A DNA stretch of 61,812 bases from positions 1 to 61,812 of the forward strand of contig CAYMOF010000002.1 of the NCBI GenBank assembly GCA_964392095.1. The letters are read 5' to 3'. Positions 1-8,162 of the stretch are shown here, piece by piece (positions within the stretch are counted from its first letter, which is position 1; every line of letters begins with the position of its first letter). The notes under the pieces were generated by a model, which was not told the origin of the DNA, did no database searches, and worked only from the letters and a program-made list of their open reading frames with translations. The position numbers and the translations under genes are program-made. Source of the stretch: an uncultured Candidatus Saccharibacteria bacterium. GTDB taxonomy: Bacteria; Patescibacteriota; Andersenbacteria; UBA10190.

Positions 1-14
1 TCGCCGCGACTCAT
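1..14 (-). CDS. 5' end of a leftward gene running off the window edge (partial, MSRG...)
   Basis: ATG (complement of 12-14) preceded by AAGGAG (complement of 22-27) with 7-nt spacer; product unknowable. Confidence 0.3.
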
Positions 15-132
15 GGTTTGACTCCTTTTGGTAAAGTTCAAGCTGTTACGGGAATTGCTAGTATAATAAATATAGGTGTAAATGTCAAGTGGCAGTGGTT
101 TTAATAACATGTTTTAATAGTAATAGGTAGAT

Positions 133-387
133 ATGACGGATGAATCGATGAAAAAATCGGCTAAGAAGTGGGGGATTAATTTAATCAGTGGTTTATTTGC
201 TATAGCTTTGGCTTTGCTGTTTGTAATAGTTTTAAGAGGAATAGCGGTACAGATTACTCCGCCTCCAGAGCCGAGAAATGAACCCTATCCGGACGTGAGT
301 ACTAAAGAAATGGTTTTGATATTTCTGGCATTAACGGGTATTGGCATGTATGTTTTTCGGGAGAAAAGTGAATTTTTAAGCGAGTAG
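133..387 (+). CDS. hypothetical small membrane protein (84 aa)
   Basis: ORF track; two hydrophobic segments (WGINLISGLFAIALALLFVIVL, MVLIFLALTGIGMYVF); no family recognised. Confidence 0.35.
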   Translation: MTDESMKKSAKKWGINLISGLFAIALALLFVIVLRGIAVQITPPPEPRNEPYPDVSTKEMVLIFLALTGIGMYVFREKSEFLSE

Positions 388-395
388 TTTAGCTT

Positions 396-683
396 ATGGA
401 GAACAGAGAAGCCGGCGGATTACTGGCCCATGAAGAAGAGTCTTCTATGAGCGCCAGCAGTGTTTGGAATGAGCTTATGAGATTGAGGCAAGAGGCCGCA
501 GAGTCTGAAGATTCGGAAAAATGGGAAGGGGTTTGGTTTTATTTAAAAGAACAAAGAGAAAGGTATCCGCAGTTACCAAATTGGTTGCCGGGAGAGGAGG
601 AAATTTTGGCGGAGATAAAGAAGCATGTTCCTCACCTAAGCGAAGCTATTAATGAGCGTTTAAAGGAAAAGGGTGGTGCATAG
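396..683 (+). CDS. hypothetical acidic protein (95 aa)
   Basis: ORF track only; follows previous ORF by 8 nt; no family recognised. Confidence 0.3.
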   Translation: MENREAGGLLAHEEESSMSASSVWNELMRLRQEAAESEDSEKWEGVWFYLKEQRERYPQLPNWLPGEEEILAEIKKHVPHLSEAINERLKEKGGA

Positions 684-737
684 ATGAAAAAATGGGATTA
701 ATATAATTAATAATTGAGAATAATTGAGAGGTAATAT

Positions 738-1187
738 ATGCAGATTTTTATTGGAGCAGATCATCGCGGGCTCGAATTAAAGAATATTTTAAGAGATTGG
801 TTACGGAAAGAAAGTTATAAGGTGGTTGATTTGGGGGCTGAAGAGTACGACAAAGACGACGACTACCCCGATTTTGGAATTAATGTGGCACAGTCGGTGG
901 CGGACAACCCAGGAGACAGTTTCGGTATTGCCATCTGCGGTTCGGGGGTTGGTATGGCGGTAATCGCCGACAAGGTTAAAGGAGTAAGGGCGGGAATGAT
1001 ACATGACCCAGAAATCGCCAAGGCCAGCAGAAGAGATGATGATATTAATGTTTTGGCTTTGGGCGCTGATTATATAGACAGTGATGTAGCCAAAGATGTT
1101 GTTAGCGCCTGGCTGGGCACAGGTTTTTCCGGGGAAAAGAGGCACATTAGAAGAATTGGTAAAATTTCAGGATATGAAAATAATTAA
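738..1187 (+). CDS. rpiB: ribose-5-phosphate isomerase B (RpiB/LacAB family)
   Basis: 149 aa; IGADHRG start and ICGSGVGMAVIADK active-site region typical of RpiB. Confidence 0.9.
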   Translation: MQIFIGADHRGLELKNILRDWLRKESYKVVDLGAEEYDKDDDYPDFGINVAQSVADNPGDSFGIAICGSGVGMAVIADKVKGVRAGMIHDPEIAKASRRDDDINVLALGADYIDSDVAKDVVSAWLGTGFSGEKRHIRRIGKISGYENN

Positions 1188-1872
1188 TCGAGGAATGGAC
1201 CGAGATTCTATAGAAATAGTGCCAGCGATACTGCGCTCTACTCTTGAGAAGATAGAACACGACTGGGAAAAAGTTTATAAAGTCGCTGAACATGTGCAGC
1301 TGGATATTACCGACGGGGTTTTTGCCGGAGACGGAACCTTTCGAGATATTAAGTTTTTTAAAAGATTAAAAGAAAGCGAAAAGTGCGAGCTGCACATGAT
1401 GGTGCATTATCCCGATTATTATATTGACGGCATTATTGATTTGAACCCGGCCAGGTGTGTTTTTCACGTGGAGGCATTTGAGGGCCTGAACAGTTTAGAT
1501 TTTGTTTACAAGAAGTTAAGAGAAAGCACACAATCGGAATTGGGTTTGGCTATTAATCCGGAAAGTCCAAATAACAGGCTAGAAGATGCTGTTGAGTTAA
1601 TAGATTACGCTATGTTTTTGGGATATAACCCGGGGTGGGCCAATCAGCCGCTAAATCCAGCTGTTTATACCAAAGTAGCTCGTTTTAGAAGCTCTTTTCC
1701 TGATATAAAAATAGCTATTGACGGCCATGTGGATAAAAGAACTGCCGGCAGGTTTGTAAAAGCGGGAGCAAATATATTGTGTGCTAATACCTCAATTTTC
1801 GGACAGGGGAACCCTGTTGAAAATTATCAGCAACTAAAATTGATAGCCCAGGCGGTAGCGGAAGAAGGGTAA
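1174..1872 (+). CDS. ribulose-phosphate 3-epimerase-like protein (divergent)
   Basis: TIM-barrel Rpe pattern (IVPAIL, QLDITDGVF, ELHMMV, FHVEA, LAINP, IAIDGHV, SIFG). Start moved to ATG 1174, which overlaps the rpiB stop, instead of the track start 1096 inside rpiB. Confidence 0.7.
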   Translation: MKIINRGMDRDSIEIVPAILRSTLEKIEHDWEKVYKVAEHVQLDITDGVFAGDGTFRDIKFFKRLKESEKCELHMMVHYPDYYIDGIIDLNPARCVFHVEAFEGLNSLDFVYKKLRESTQSELGLAINPESPNNRLEDAVELIDYAMFLGYNPGWANQPLNPAVYTKVARFRSSFPDIKIAIDGHVDKRTAGRFVKAGANILCANTSIFGQGNPVENYQQLKLIAQAVAEEG

Positions 1873-1878
1873 TACATA

Positions 1879-2025
1879 CAGCGGACCGCTCCGAGGGTTC
1901 GGCCCGGGTTGCCCCGCCTCCTCGACAGACCCAGGGCGGGGACTAAGCTAACCAGGTCCCACAATCCGCTTACAGGACCGGGCGGGCGGCGCTGCCGACT
2001 TGTTCTTACGCAGGGTTGTGAGCAG
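1879..2025. ncRNA. unclassified GC-rich multi-hairpin element (candidate structured RNA, strand unknown)
   Basis: GC-rich block in an AT-rich spacer. Helices drawable: CAGCG 1879-1883 / CGCTG 1990-1994, CCCCGCC 1912-1918 / GGCGGGG 1935-1941, GGTCC 1955-1959 / GGACC 1975-1979. No ORF. Confidence 0.3.
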
Positions 2026-2077
2026 TTACTAATATTTTATTAATCAGATTATATATTTTGTGTTATAATTTTTTGAA

Positions 2078-2962
2078 ATGAAGAAATTAACGGAGTTAAA
2101 AGAGTTAAATAAAATGGCCAATACGTTGAGGCAGGACGTGGTGGCAATGTTGATGGAAGCCAAATCCGGACACACAGCGGGTCCACTGGGTTTAGCTGAT
2201 GTTGCGACGGCTTTGTATTTTAATGTTTTAAACATAGACCCTCAAAAAAGGGATGATCCGGACAGAGATCGTTTGTACATATCATGCGGACACACGGCTC
2301 CGATATGGTACGCGGTTCTGGCGAGAGTGGGATTCTTTCCAGTAGAAGAGCTTAAGACCCTGCGCAAGCTAGGTAGTAGATTGCAGGGTCATGTGGACAG
2401 ATTAACAGTGCCGGGCATTGAATCGTCGGCGGCTAGTCTGGGGCAGGGTCTTTCGATAGCTTGTGGGTCCGCACTGGCGGCGCAAATGGATAACAAAAGA
2501 TACCAAACTTACTGTGTATTATCTGACGGGGAGCTTGATGAGGGGTCAATCTGGGAGGCCGCGCAGTTTGCCGGCCACTATCGACTACAGCATTTAACAG
2601 CAATAATAGACAGAAACAATATTCAAATTGACGGAATGACAGAGGACGTAATGAGTAAAGAGCCTTTGAGGGAGAGATTTGAAGCTTTTAAATGGCATGT
2701 GGTTGATGTTGACGGACACAATATTGAAGAAATTATTGACGCCTGTAATGAAGCCAAGGCTATTACTGAATCTCCTGTGTGCGTTATAGCTCATACGATT
2801 CCAGGTAAGGGTGTTGATTTTATGGAGTTTGATTTTAGGTGGCACGGCTCTCCTCCCGGAAAAGTGGAGACTGAAAGAGCTCCTGCTAAAGGTATCCAAG
2901 GCAAAGAGGCTTTGAAACAGTTAAGGTCACTGAATGGGAAAATAGAGTGTATGGATTTATAG
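2078..2962 (+). CDS. transketolase, N-terminal (TPP-binding) subunit
   Basis: GHTAGPLG and SDGELDEGSIWEAA motifs; 294 aa, split-type tkt. Confidence 0.9.
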   Translation: MKKLTELKELNKMANTLRQDVVAMLMEAKSGHTAGPLGLADVATALYFNVLNIDPQKRDDPDRDRLYISCGHTAPIWYAVLARVGFFPVEELKTLRKLGSRLQGHVDRLTVPGIESSAASLGQGLSIACGSALAAQMDNKRYQTYCVLSDGELDEGSIWEAAQFAGHYRLQHLTAIIDRNNIQIDGMTEDVMSKEPLRERFEAFKWHVVDVDGHNIEEIIDACNEAKAITESPVCVIAHTIPGKGVDFMEFDFRWHGSPPGKVETERAPAKGIQGKEALKQLRSLNGKIECMDL

Positions 2963-2976
2963 AAATTAAATAAATT

Positions 2977-3963
2977 ATGTTGTTAAAAGGATCTCATTTA
3001 AAAAAAGATGTTTTAGATGAAAACGTGGAAAGGGTGCCCACGCGAGATGGTTTCGGTAAGGGATTGGTGGAGTTAGGAGAAAAAAATGAAAAGGTCATGG
3101 CATTGTGCGGAGACTTAACAGATTCGACTCGAGTGGGCATGTTTAGAGACAAATATCCAGAAAGATACATAGAGGTTGGAATCGCCGAGCAAAATATGGC
3201 TAATGTGGCAGTGGGGCTATCTTTGCAAGGAAAAATTCCTTTCTTGTCCACATACGCCGTTTTTTCACCGGGGCGTAACTGGGACCAAATTAGAATTTCT
3301 GGATGTTATAATAACTGTAATGTGAAATATGCGGGAGCGCATAGCGGCATTTCGGTAGGACAGGACGGTGCCACTCATCAGGCGCTGGAAGATATCGCCT
3401 TAATGAGAGTGTTGCCCGGAATGACTGTGTTGGCGCCTTGTGACGCTGAAGAGACTCGCAAAACAACGATAGCAGCGGCTGAAATAAGCGGGCCTGTCTA
3501 TTTCCGGTTTGGCCGTGAAGCAACTCCCAATTTTACTACTGAAAAAACACCGTTGGTGGGAGGCAAAGCACAAGTTCTTAATGACGGCGACGACGTAGCG
3601 ATAATTGGAGCGGGACCTATTTTGCATTCGGCCCTGACAGCGGCAGATAGGTTGCTGGAAAAAGATGTCTCGTGTCGGGTAATAAACTGCTGTTCTATAA
3701 AGCCAATAGATGCTGACACGGTTGAAAAAGCGGCGCGTGATTGTGGGGTGGTGGTTACTTGCGAGGAGCATCAGATAATGGGAGGTGTGGGTAGCGCTGT
3801 GGCTGAAGTGCTGGCTCAAACTTACCCTGTGCCTATGGCTTTTATTGGTATGAAAGATTCCTTTGGAGAATCCGGGACTCCGGAAGAATTGTTGAAGAAA
3901 TACAGGATGGATGCGGAGGCAATTGTCGATGCTGTTTTAAAGGTAATTCAAAAAAAGCGTTAG
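2977..3963 (+). CDS. transketolase, C-terminal (pyrimidine-binding) subunit
   Basis: EVGIAEQNM motif; 328 aa; directly follows the N-terminal subunit. Confidence 0.9.
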   Translation: MLLKGSHLKKDVLDENVERVPTRDGFGKGLVELGEKNEKVMALCGDLTDSTRVGMFRDKYPERYIEVGIAEQNMANVAVGLSLQGKIPFLSTYAVFSPGRNWDQIRISGCYNNCNVKYAGAHSGISVGQDGATHQALEDIALMRVLPGMTVLAPCDAEETRKTTIAAAEISGPVYFRFGREATPNFTTEKTPLVGGKAQVLNDGDDVAIIGAGPILHSALTAADRLLEKDVSCRVINCCSIKPIDADTVEKAARDCGVVVTCEEHQIMGGVGSAVAEVLAQTYPVPMAFIGMKDSFGESGTPEELLKKYRMDAEAIVDAVLKVIQKKR

Positions 3964-5846
3964 AGTGTTTTAAGCCACATAATCTGATAGGGGACGAGGC
4001 TTAATTTAATTTTTTTATTTGGGTTTGGTGATTTCTTGTCCTGGGAGATGATGTCGAAAAGTTGGCCCAGCTGGTTGTCTAGAAGAGCTGTTTGGTTTTT
4101 ACTAGAAACGTTTATCACGGAGATAAGATCGTCCTGTTTTTTTAGGGCTGGTAAAAGAGCGGTCACGATTTTATCGTTAGCGACTTCTAAAACTTTAATA
4201 GGGCCGGCCTGGTGAGAAAAAGCTGATTCGTTGTTTCTTTTTTGTAATAGGTGTGTAACCGCGTCAAAAACCAGGCGGGACTGTCTGCGAGGGTCATCAA
4301 GTTCTTTAAAAAGCTGATTAATAGATGTGGGATGTCTGTTAATTGTACGGTTTTCATCTAGTCCTTCAGGAGGAATATGGTTTGGCAAACCCAAGAGTCC
4401 GTTAATATATATCCCTGGAATACCGCGCGGAATTAAACCTAAGGCCAGAACGGCCAGATAACGATTCACTTGTGTTTCAAGCGGTTCTTTGGCGTGAGGA
4501 TTGTTAACTAAATTCCAAGGAGTGGAGCATATTTCATAGATTGCTTTTTCTCCTCCGGGAAGGTAGCAGTAGTTAGGTGAATTTTGATGATTTTTAATGA
4601 GTTTTCTAGAAAGATTCTTAAGTTCCCGCGACGGTAATACCTCTTTTATCGGCTTTAAACCCATACCGTCATGGGTGCCCAGAGTAGTTATGAGCTGTCG
4701 GCCTCGAAATCGGTTAGTTGAAGGTAGCCATTTGTTAAAAAAATCCCCCTGTTCGGTCAAGACGGCGTGGACCGCTAAGGGAAAGGGGATAAATTGATAC
4801 ACAAAATCGGCTTCCCGGTTTGAGTCTGTACCGAGATAGGGCAGGTATTTGTCCTCGGACTCGTTTATTTCGGCGATTGTTTTAACATGAGGGGCAGCCA
4901 TTTGTATGACTTTGTTCATGATAGCAAGGAGTTGGTGGGTCTTGGGTTCGTGTATTGATGAAGAACCAAGGCGTTTCCAAATGTAGGCAATGGCGTCAAG
5001 TCGGATGAAGCTGGCTTCCTTTTTGATATAGAAAAGAAGGATGTCGATGGCTTTGAGAAGAACTAAGGGATTGGCATAGTTAAGGTCAACTTGGCGGGTG
5101 GCTTCCGAGCCGTCTTTGTTTAAGGGACGGGAAAACGTGGTCCATATCCAACCAGAACCAATTTCTTTTTCGCCGTCTTTTGTGTCGCTTTTTCCTAGAC
5201 AAGCTTTGTACTTATTGTCATTGGTGCGGAAACAAAAGTAGTGAGTCAGAACAGGGGAGGATCGGGGACGAGCCAGTTTTAAAATCTGATCAGGCGAAGG
5301 TTTGTTCTGTTCGGAAAAGATAATACAAAAATTCTTATAAGGTGCATATTTACTATAATCGGGATCTTTGGGGCTTATGTGTTGGGCTACAAGAGCCTTT
5401 TGGATAAATGGATTTTCAACAGAAGCATGGTTAGCAACAAAATCAAACATCAAGAGGAATAATTTGGATATTTTTTTTATGTCGCTCCAGTCGCCATATT
5501 TAGGACATACTTTAAAATAGTCCTTTACTGAAAAACCTTTGTCGGTATCCCAGGGGTAAAAGGGAAGTAGGTGGATAATTGAAAAGTGTTTTTTTAATTT
5601 ATAACGTTTAAGAAATCGGCAGAGCGAGTAAAGGGAGGAGGTGTTTTTGTTTTTATCAATTACCGAATCGGCGTAAGTTATTAAAGCGCAATTATTATCA
5701 AAAGCGGCCGGCTTCTTATGATGGCCGGATGATTTGAAATTTTCTACCTTGTGTTTAATTTCTGATTCTAGCCACTGGCAGTCTCCGGACTTATAGACGG
5801 CTTTGAGTTGGTCAATAAGTCGGTGGGGGGGATTTTTTTTGGACAT
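3960..5846 (-). CDS. GH13 sucrose-phosphorylase-family glycoside phosphorylase (628 aa)
   Basis: FIRLDAIAYIWK (nucleophile Asp region), TIAEINES, LGTHDGMG signatures of sucrose-phosphorylase-like GH13 enzymes. Confidence 0.7.
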   Translation of the reverse strand: MSKKNPPHRLIDQLKAVYKSGDCQWLESEIKHKVENFKSSGHHKKPAAFDNNCALITYADSVIDKNKNTSSLYSLCRFLKRYKLKKHFSIIHLLPFYPWDTDKGFSVKDYFKVCPKYGDWSDIKKISKLFLLMFDFVANHASVENPFIQKALVAQHISPKDPDYSKYAPYKNFCIIFSEQNKPSPDQILKLARPRSSPVLTHYFCFRTNDNKYKACLGKSDTKDGEKEIGSGWIWTTFSRPLNKDGSEATRQVDLNYANPLVLLKAIDILLFYIKKEASFIRLDAIAYIWKRLGSSSIHEPKTHQLLAIMNKVIQMAAPHVKTIAEINESEDKYLPYLGTDSNREADFVYQFIPFPLAVHAVLTEQGDFFNKWLPSTNRFRGRQLITTLGTHDGMGLKPIKEVLPSRELKNLSRKLIKNHQNSPNYCYLPGGEKAIYEICSTPWNLVNNPHAKEPLETQVNRYLAVLALGLIPRGIPGIYINGLLGLPNHIPPEGLDENRTINRHPTSINQLFKELDDPRRQSRLVFDAVTHLLQKRNNESAFSHQAGPIKVLEVANDKIVTALLPALKKQDDLISVINVSSKNQTALLDNQLGQLFDIISQDKKSPNPNKKIKLSLVPYQIMWLKTL

Positions 5847-7222
5847 GGGATTTCGTCAAGAATAAGTTCTTGTATCACTTTATTATAATAATCTTTGTAA
5901 ATTTCATAGTGGTGGTTTTTCTTGCCGATCGAATAGTTGTAATTGAGTATTTTTTGGGTATTGCCGGAAAGCAGGGTTTCTATGGTTTGGTCTGTTGATT
6001 TTTTAAGTTGATAAGAGCTTATAGAAATCAGTCCGGAGTTGTCGGAGTTAAAGGCTGTATCGCCTAAAGAGATATAATGGTAACCCTCTTTTTTAATGTC
6101 AGTTTTAAAAACCGGGTATTCAAATAGAGTAATGGGTTTTTTGGCAAAAACAGCTTCCATAAATTGGTTGCCCCAGCCTTCGAACTGACTCGGATAGGTA
6201 ACTAAATCGGCATGCGCGTAGCAGTCCCATAAAGAGTAAATTTTTTCTTTTCCCTGATATCTTTCAGCGCCAACCAGACCATTAATAAAGTGAGCTTGAA
6301 TATTTAGTTGGTCAATTTTACGTTCAAGTTTTTCCCGATACTCGAGATCCGGAACTTCTGTGAAGCCGGGCAAGATAATGACTATTTTACTGTCTTCAGT
6401 TAAGATTTTGCCGTTAAAAAGAGGCTTGCCAACAAGGTCATCAAGTCTTTTCTCGAGACTTTTGACCAGATCGAAGGCAATTTCTATGCCTTTTCTGATA
6501 ACTATTCTAGTCGCTTGTAAAATAATGAGATCGTTATCGCTGACGTTTATATCTTTGGTCAAAGTCTTATTAAAATCATCAACTACCCAGGGGGACTGGT
6601 TAAAATCCAAAACATCTCCTATGCAGTCAGATTGTATGGAACGACGTCTAAGAAGTTCTTGCTGGGCGGCCGTGTTGATGCTGATGTATTTTATTAACTT
6701 ATGTTTATAAGGAAGGTAAGTTTGAATATATTTTTTGATTTCTGGACATGAGTGTTCTTGAAAAAAGGGTCTTTCCCAATAGTAATCATGGTTGGTGGCT
6801 ATGGTTGGAATTTGATATTCATTAATGATTTCGGCAAAGGCTTTGGCGGCGGGCAGATGGAGAGCGTAAGAAAAAATGTTGTGGACCAGAAGAAGGTCAA
6901 AGCGATGGTTTTTGTGATATGACAAAAAAGATTCTTTTATCCGGTCGCTAACATTGTTGATAGCGTGCATGAGTTCATCTGAAGTCATAGTGTGGGTGTT
7001 AAAGTAGCGAAAAGCGTTTTTCTTGATTTCGATTATTTCCGGCAGGTCATTTTCCAACTGGGGCACTAAGTAATCCTGGCTATTGCTGAATTGGCCAGCG
7101 ATAAGATGAACTTCGTGTCCCATCGCTTCAAGAATTTCTTTGCGCTTGGCAATTTCAAAAGAAACGCCGTCGGCTCTGCCGGCCCGATAGTGAATTATTC
7201 CAATTTTAAGTTTTTTTGTCAT
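5768..7222 (-). CDS. glycosyltransferase, GT4-like (retaining GT-B fold), 484 aa
   Basis: N-terminal KIGIIHYRAGRADGVSFE and C-terminal YPSQFEGWGNQFMEA (E-x7-E-like) pattern. 3' end overlaps the next gene by 79 nt. Confidence 0.6.
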   Translation of the reverse strand: MTKKLKIGIIHYRAGRADGVSFEIAKRKEILEAMGHEVHLIAGQFSNSQDYLVPQLENDLPEIIEIKKNAFRYFNTHTMTSDELMHAINNVSDRIKESFLSYHKNHRFDLLLVHNIFSYALHLPAAKAFAEIINEYQIPTIATNHDYYWERPFFQEHSCPEIKKYIQTYLPYKHKLIKYISINTAAQQELLRRRSIQSDCIGDVLDFNQSPWVVDDFNKTLTKDINVSDNDLIILQATRIVIRKGIEIAFDLVKSLEKRLDDLVGKPLFNGKILTEDSKIVIILPGFTEVPDLEYREKLERKIDQLNIQAHFINGLVGAERYQGKEKIYSLWDCYAHADLVTYPSQFEGWGNQFMEAVFAKKPITLFEYPVFKTDIKKEGYHYISLGDTAFNSDNSGLISISSYQLKKSTDQTIETLLSGNTQKILNYNYSIGKKNHHYEIYKDYYNKVIQELILDEIPCPKKIPPTDLLTNSKPSISPETASG

Positions 7223-7392
7223 ACACAGTATGAATAAATAATGTATAGTGGAAAATATATAGAAAAAATGGAGCGCGTGTCCAATTTTTATAGAAAAAAC
7301 CTAATTTGATTATTTTTGCGAAAGCTTTTAGGAACTGACAGCGCTCAAAATAAAGTTAGCTAGGACGATGGACAGTCCGACAATTATCAGCC

Positions 7393-7683
7393 CTAGTAGA
7401 GCAAAAGAATGTTGTTTTTGGCGCGGGCGGTGCGATCCTCGTCATCGCCGGAGGTGGCGGCAATAATTGACCCAAAGATGATAGTGATAACGGCTATAAG
7501 AGCAACTAACACCAAGAACGCGTTAACGATATTTCTGATGGCGTCAACTACATCGGCTCCGCCTTGCACTCCTTCGAAAGGAGATAATACGGTAGCAAAA
7601 CCCGCGGCTTGGGCCAGGATAGGAGAAAAACAAAAAATGAATATTGACAGTGTTAATATTGTTCTTGATTGTTGTTTTTTCAC
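7393..7683 (-). CDS. TrbC/VirB2-like pilin-type small secreted membrane protein, probably frameshifted at its 3' end
   Basis: GTG start at 7683 gives signal peptide (RTILTLSIFIFCFSPILAQA), then TM1 (AFLVLVALIAVITIIFGSIIAA) and a charged loop. The expected second TM (LLGLIIVGLSIVLANFILSAV) lies in another frame at 7328-7396. Confidence 0.35.
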   Translation of the reverse strand: MKKQQSRTILTLSIFIFCFSPILAQAAGFATVLSPFEGVQGGADVVDAIRNIVNAFLVLVALIAVITIIFGSIIAATSGDDEDRTARAKNNILLLY

Positions 7684-8093
7684 TACCGTGTTTCCATCCA
7701 CAATCGACCCAAAGTAGTAGATAGCAGAATAGCATTCGGCCATTGGGAAGGCGATACGGTAGAAGGAAAAGGACATCGGAATGGAATTCACACGGAAGCT
7801 GAGCGCCGCTCCCGCTTTCTCGTTGCCAGAAAGATACACCGCATTGCCTCACACGAAACCGTCAGTGCCCAACGGACAATCTTCTGCATATTGCCGAACA
7901 AGGCCCGGCTTTCAACGACGATTGATAATGGCTGTGTGAGAATATTGCTCACACAGCATTACACAGACTTGGCGTGAAAACATACTTTGCCGATCCCTAC
8001 AGTTTTTGGCAAAGAGGCACGAATGAATATCATAACGGGCTCTTAGGGAGATATCTACCCAGAGGGAGTAATTTTGATGATTCCGTTTTTTAA
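7684..8093 (+). pseudogene. IS30-family transposase remnant (5'-truncated, at least one frameshift)
   Basis: DDE region recognisable: GHWEGDTV, TIDNG, then after a frame change near 7930 LGVKTYFADPYSFWQRGTNEYHNGLLGRYLPRG. No N-terminal HTH part and no inverted repeats seen. Confidence 0.7.
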
Positions 8094-8100
8094 GTGCTTG

Positions 8101-8109
8101 TGATATAAT
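8101..8109 (+). promoter_or_regulatory. extended -10 promoter element (TGaTATAAT) for the 8163 gene
   Basis: TGATATAAT 54 nt upstream of ATG 8163. Confidence 0.4.
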
Positions 8110-8117
8110 TTATCTAT

Positions 8118-8135
8118 TGTGGGTAATGTGGGTAA
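8118..8135 (+). repeat. tandem 9-mer TGTGGGTAA x2
   Basis: Exact tandem copies at 8118-8126 and 8127-8135, just downstream of the -10 element. One mismatch from the reverse DnaA-box TGTGGATAA. Confidence 0.6.
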
Positions 8136-8162
8136 TTTTTAATATTAATTTTAAATTAAACT

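Noticed and set aside
801-1145. Antisense or overlapping track ORFs inside well-supported genes. Examples: 801-1145, 2594-2899, 3400-3819, 6360-6710, 10076-10339, 18250-18543, 22799-23086, 32533-32898, 39729-40100, 40879-41205, 44519-44745, 48472-48723, 49539-49829, 50049-50507, 52348-52787, 58388-58805
   Set aside because: Each lies wholly within, and mostly antisense to, a gene with strong family signatures. They have low-complexity or Ser/Cys/Arg-rich translations and no SD.
1879-2025. SRP (4.5S) RNA, ZTP, cobalamin or ykkC riboswitch
   Set aside because: Only fragments match (ACCAGGUC, CAAUCCGCU, CCGCCCUGGG on the minus strand, GGGUUCGG). The defining cores are absent: GGAA tetraloop with AGCAGC, GGGUCGUGACUGGCG, and the B12 box. 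The gene context also does not fit.
7409-7977. Track ORFs 7409-7717, 7544-7852 and 7669-7977 as separate genes
   Set aside because: They are explained by the pilin-like gene (minus strand) and the IS30 transposase remnant (plus strand). The remaining parts are antisense read-through.
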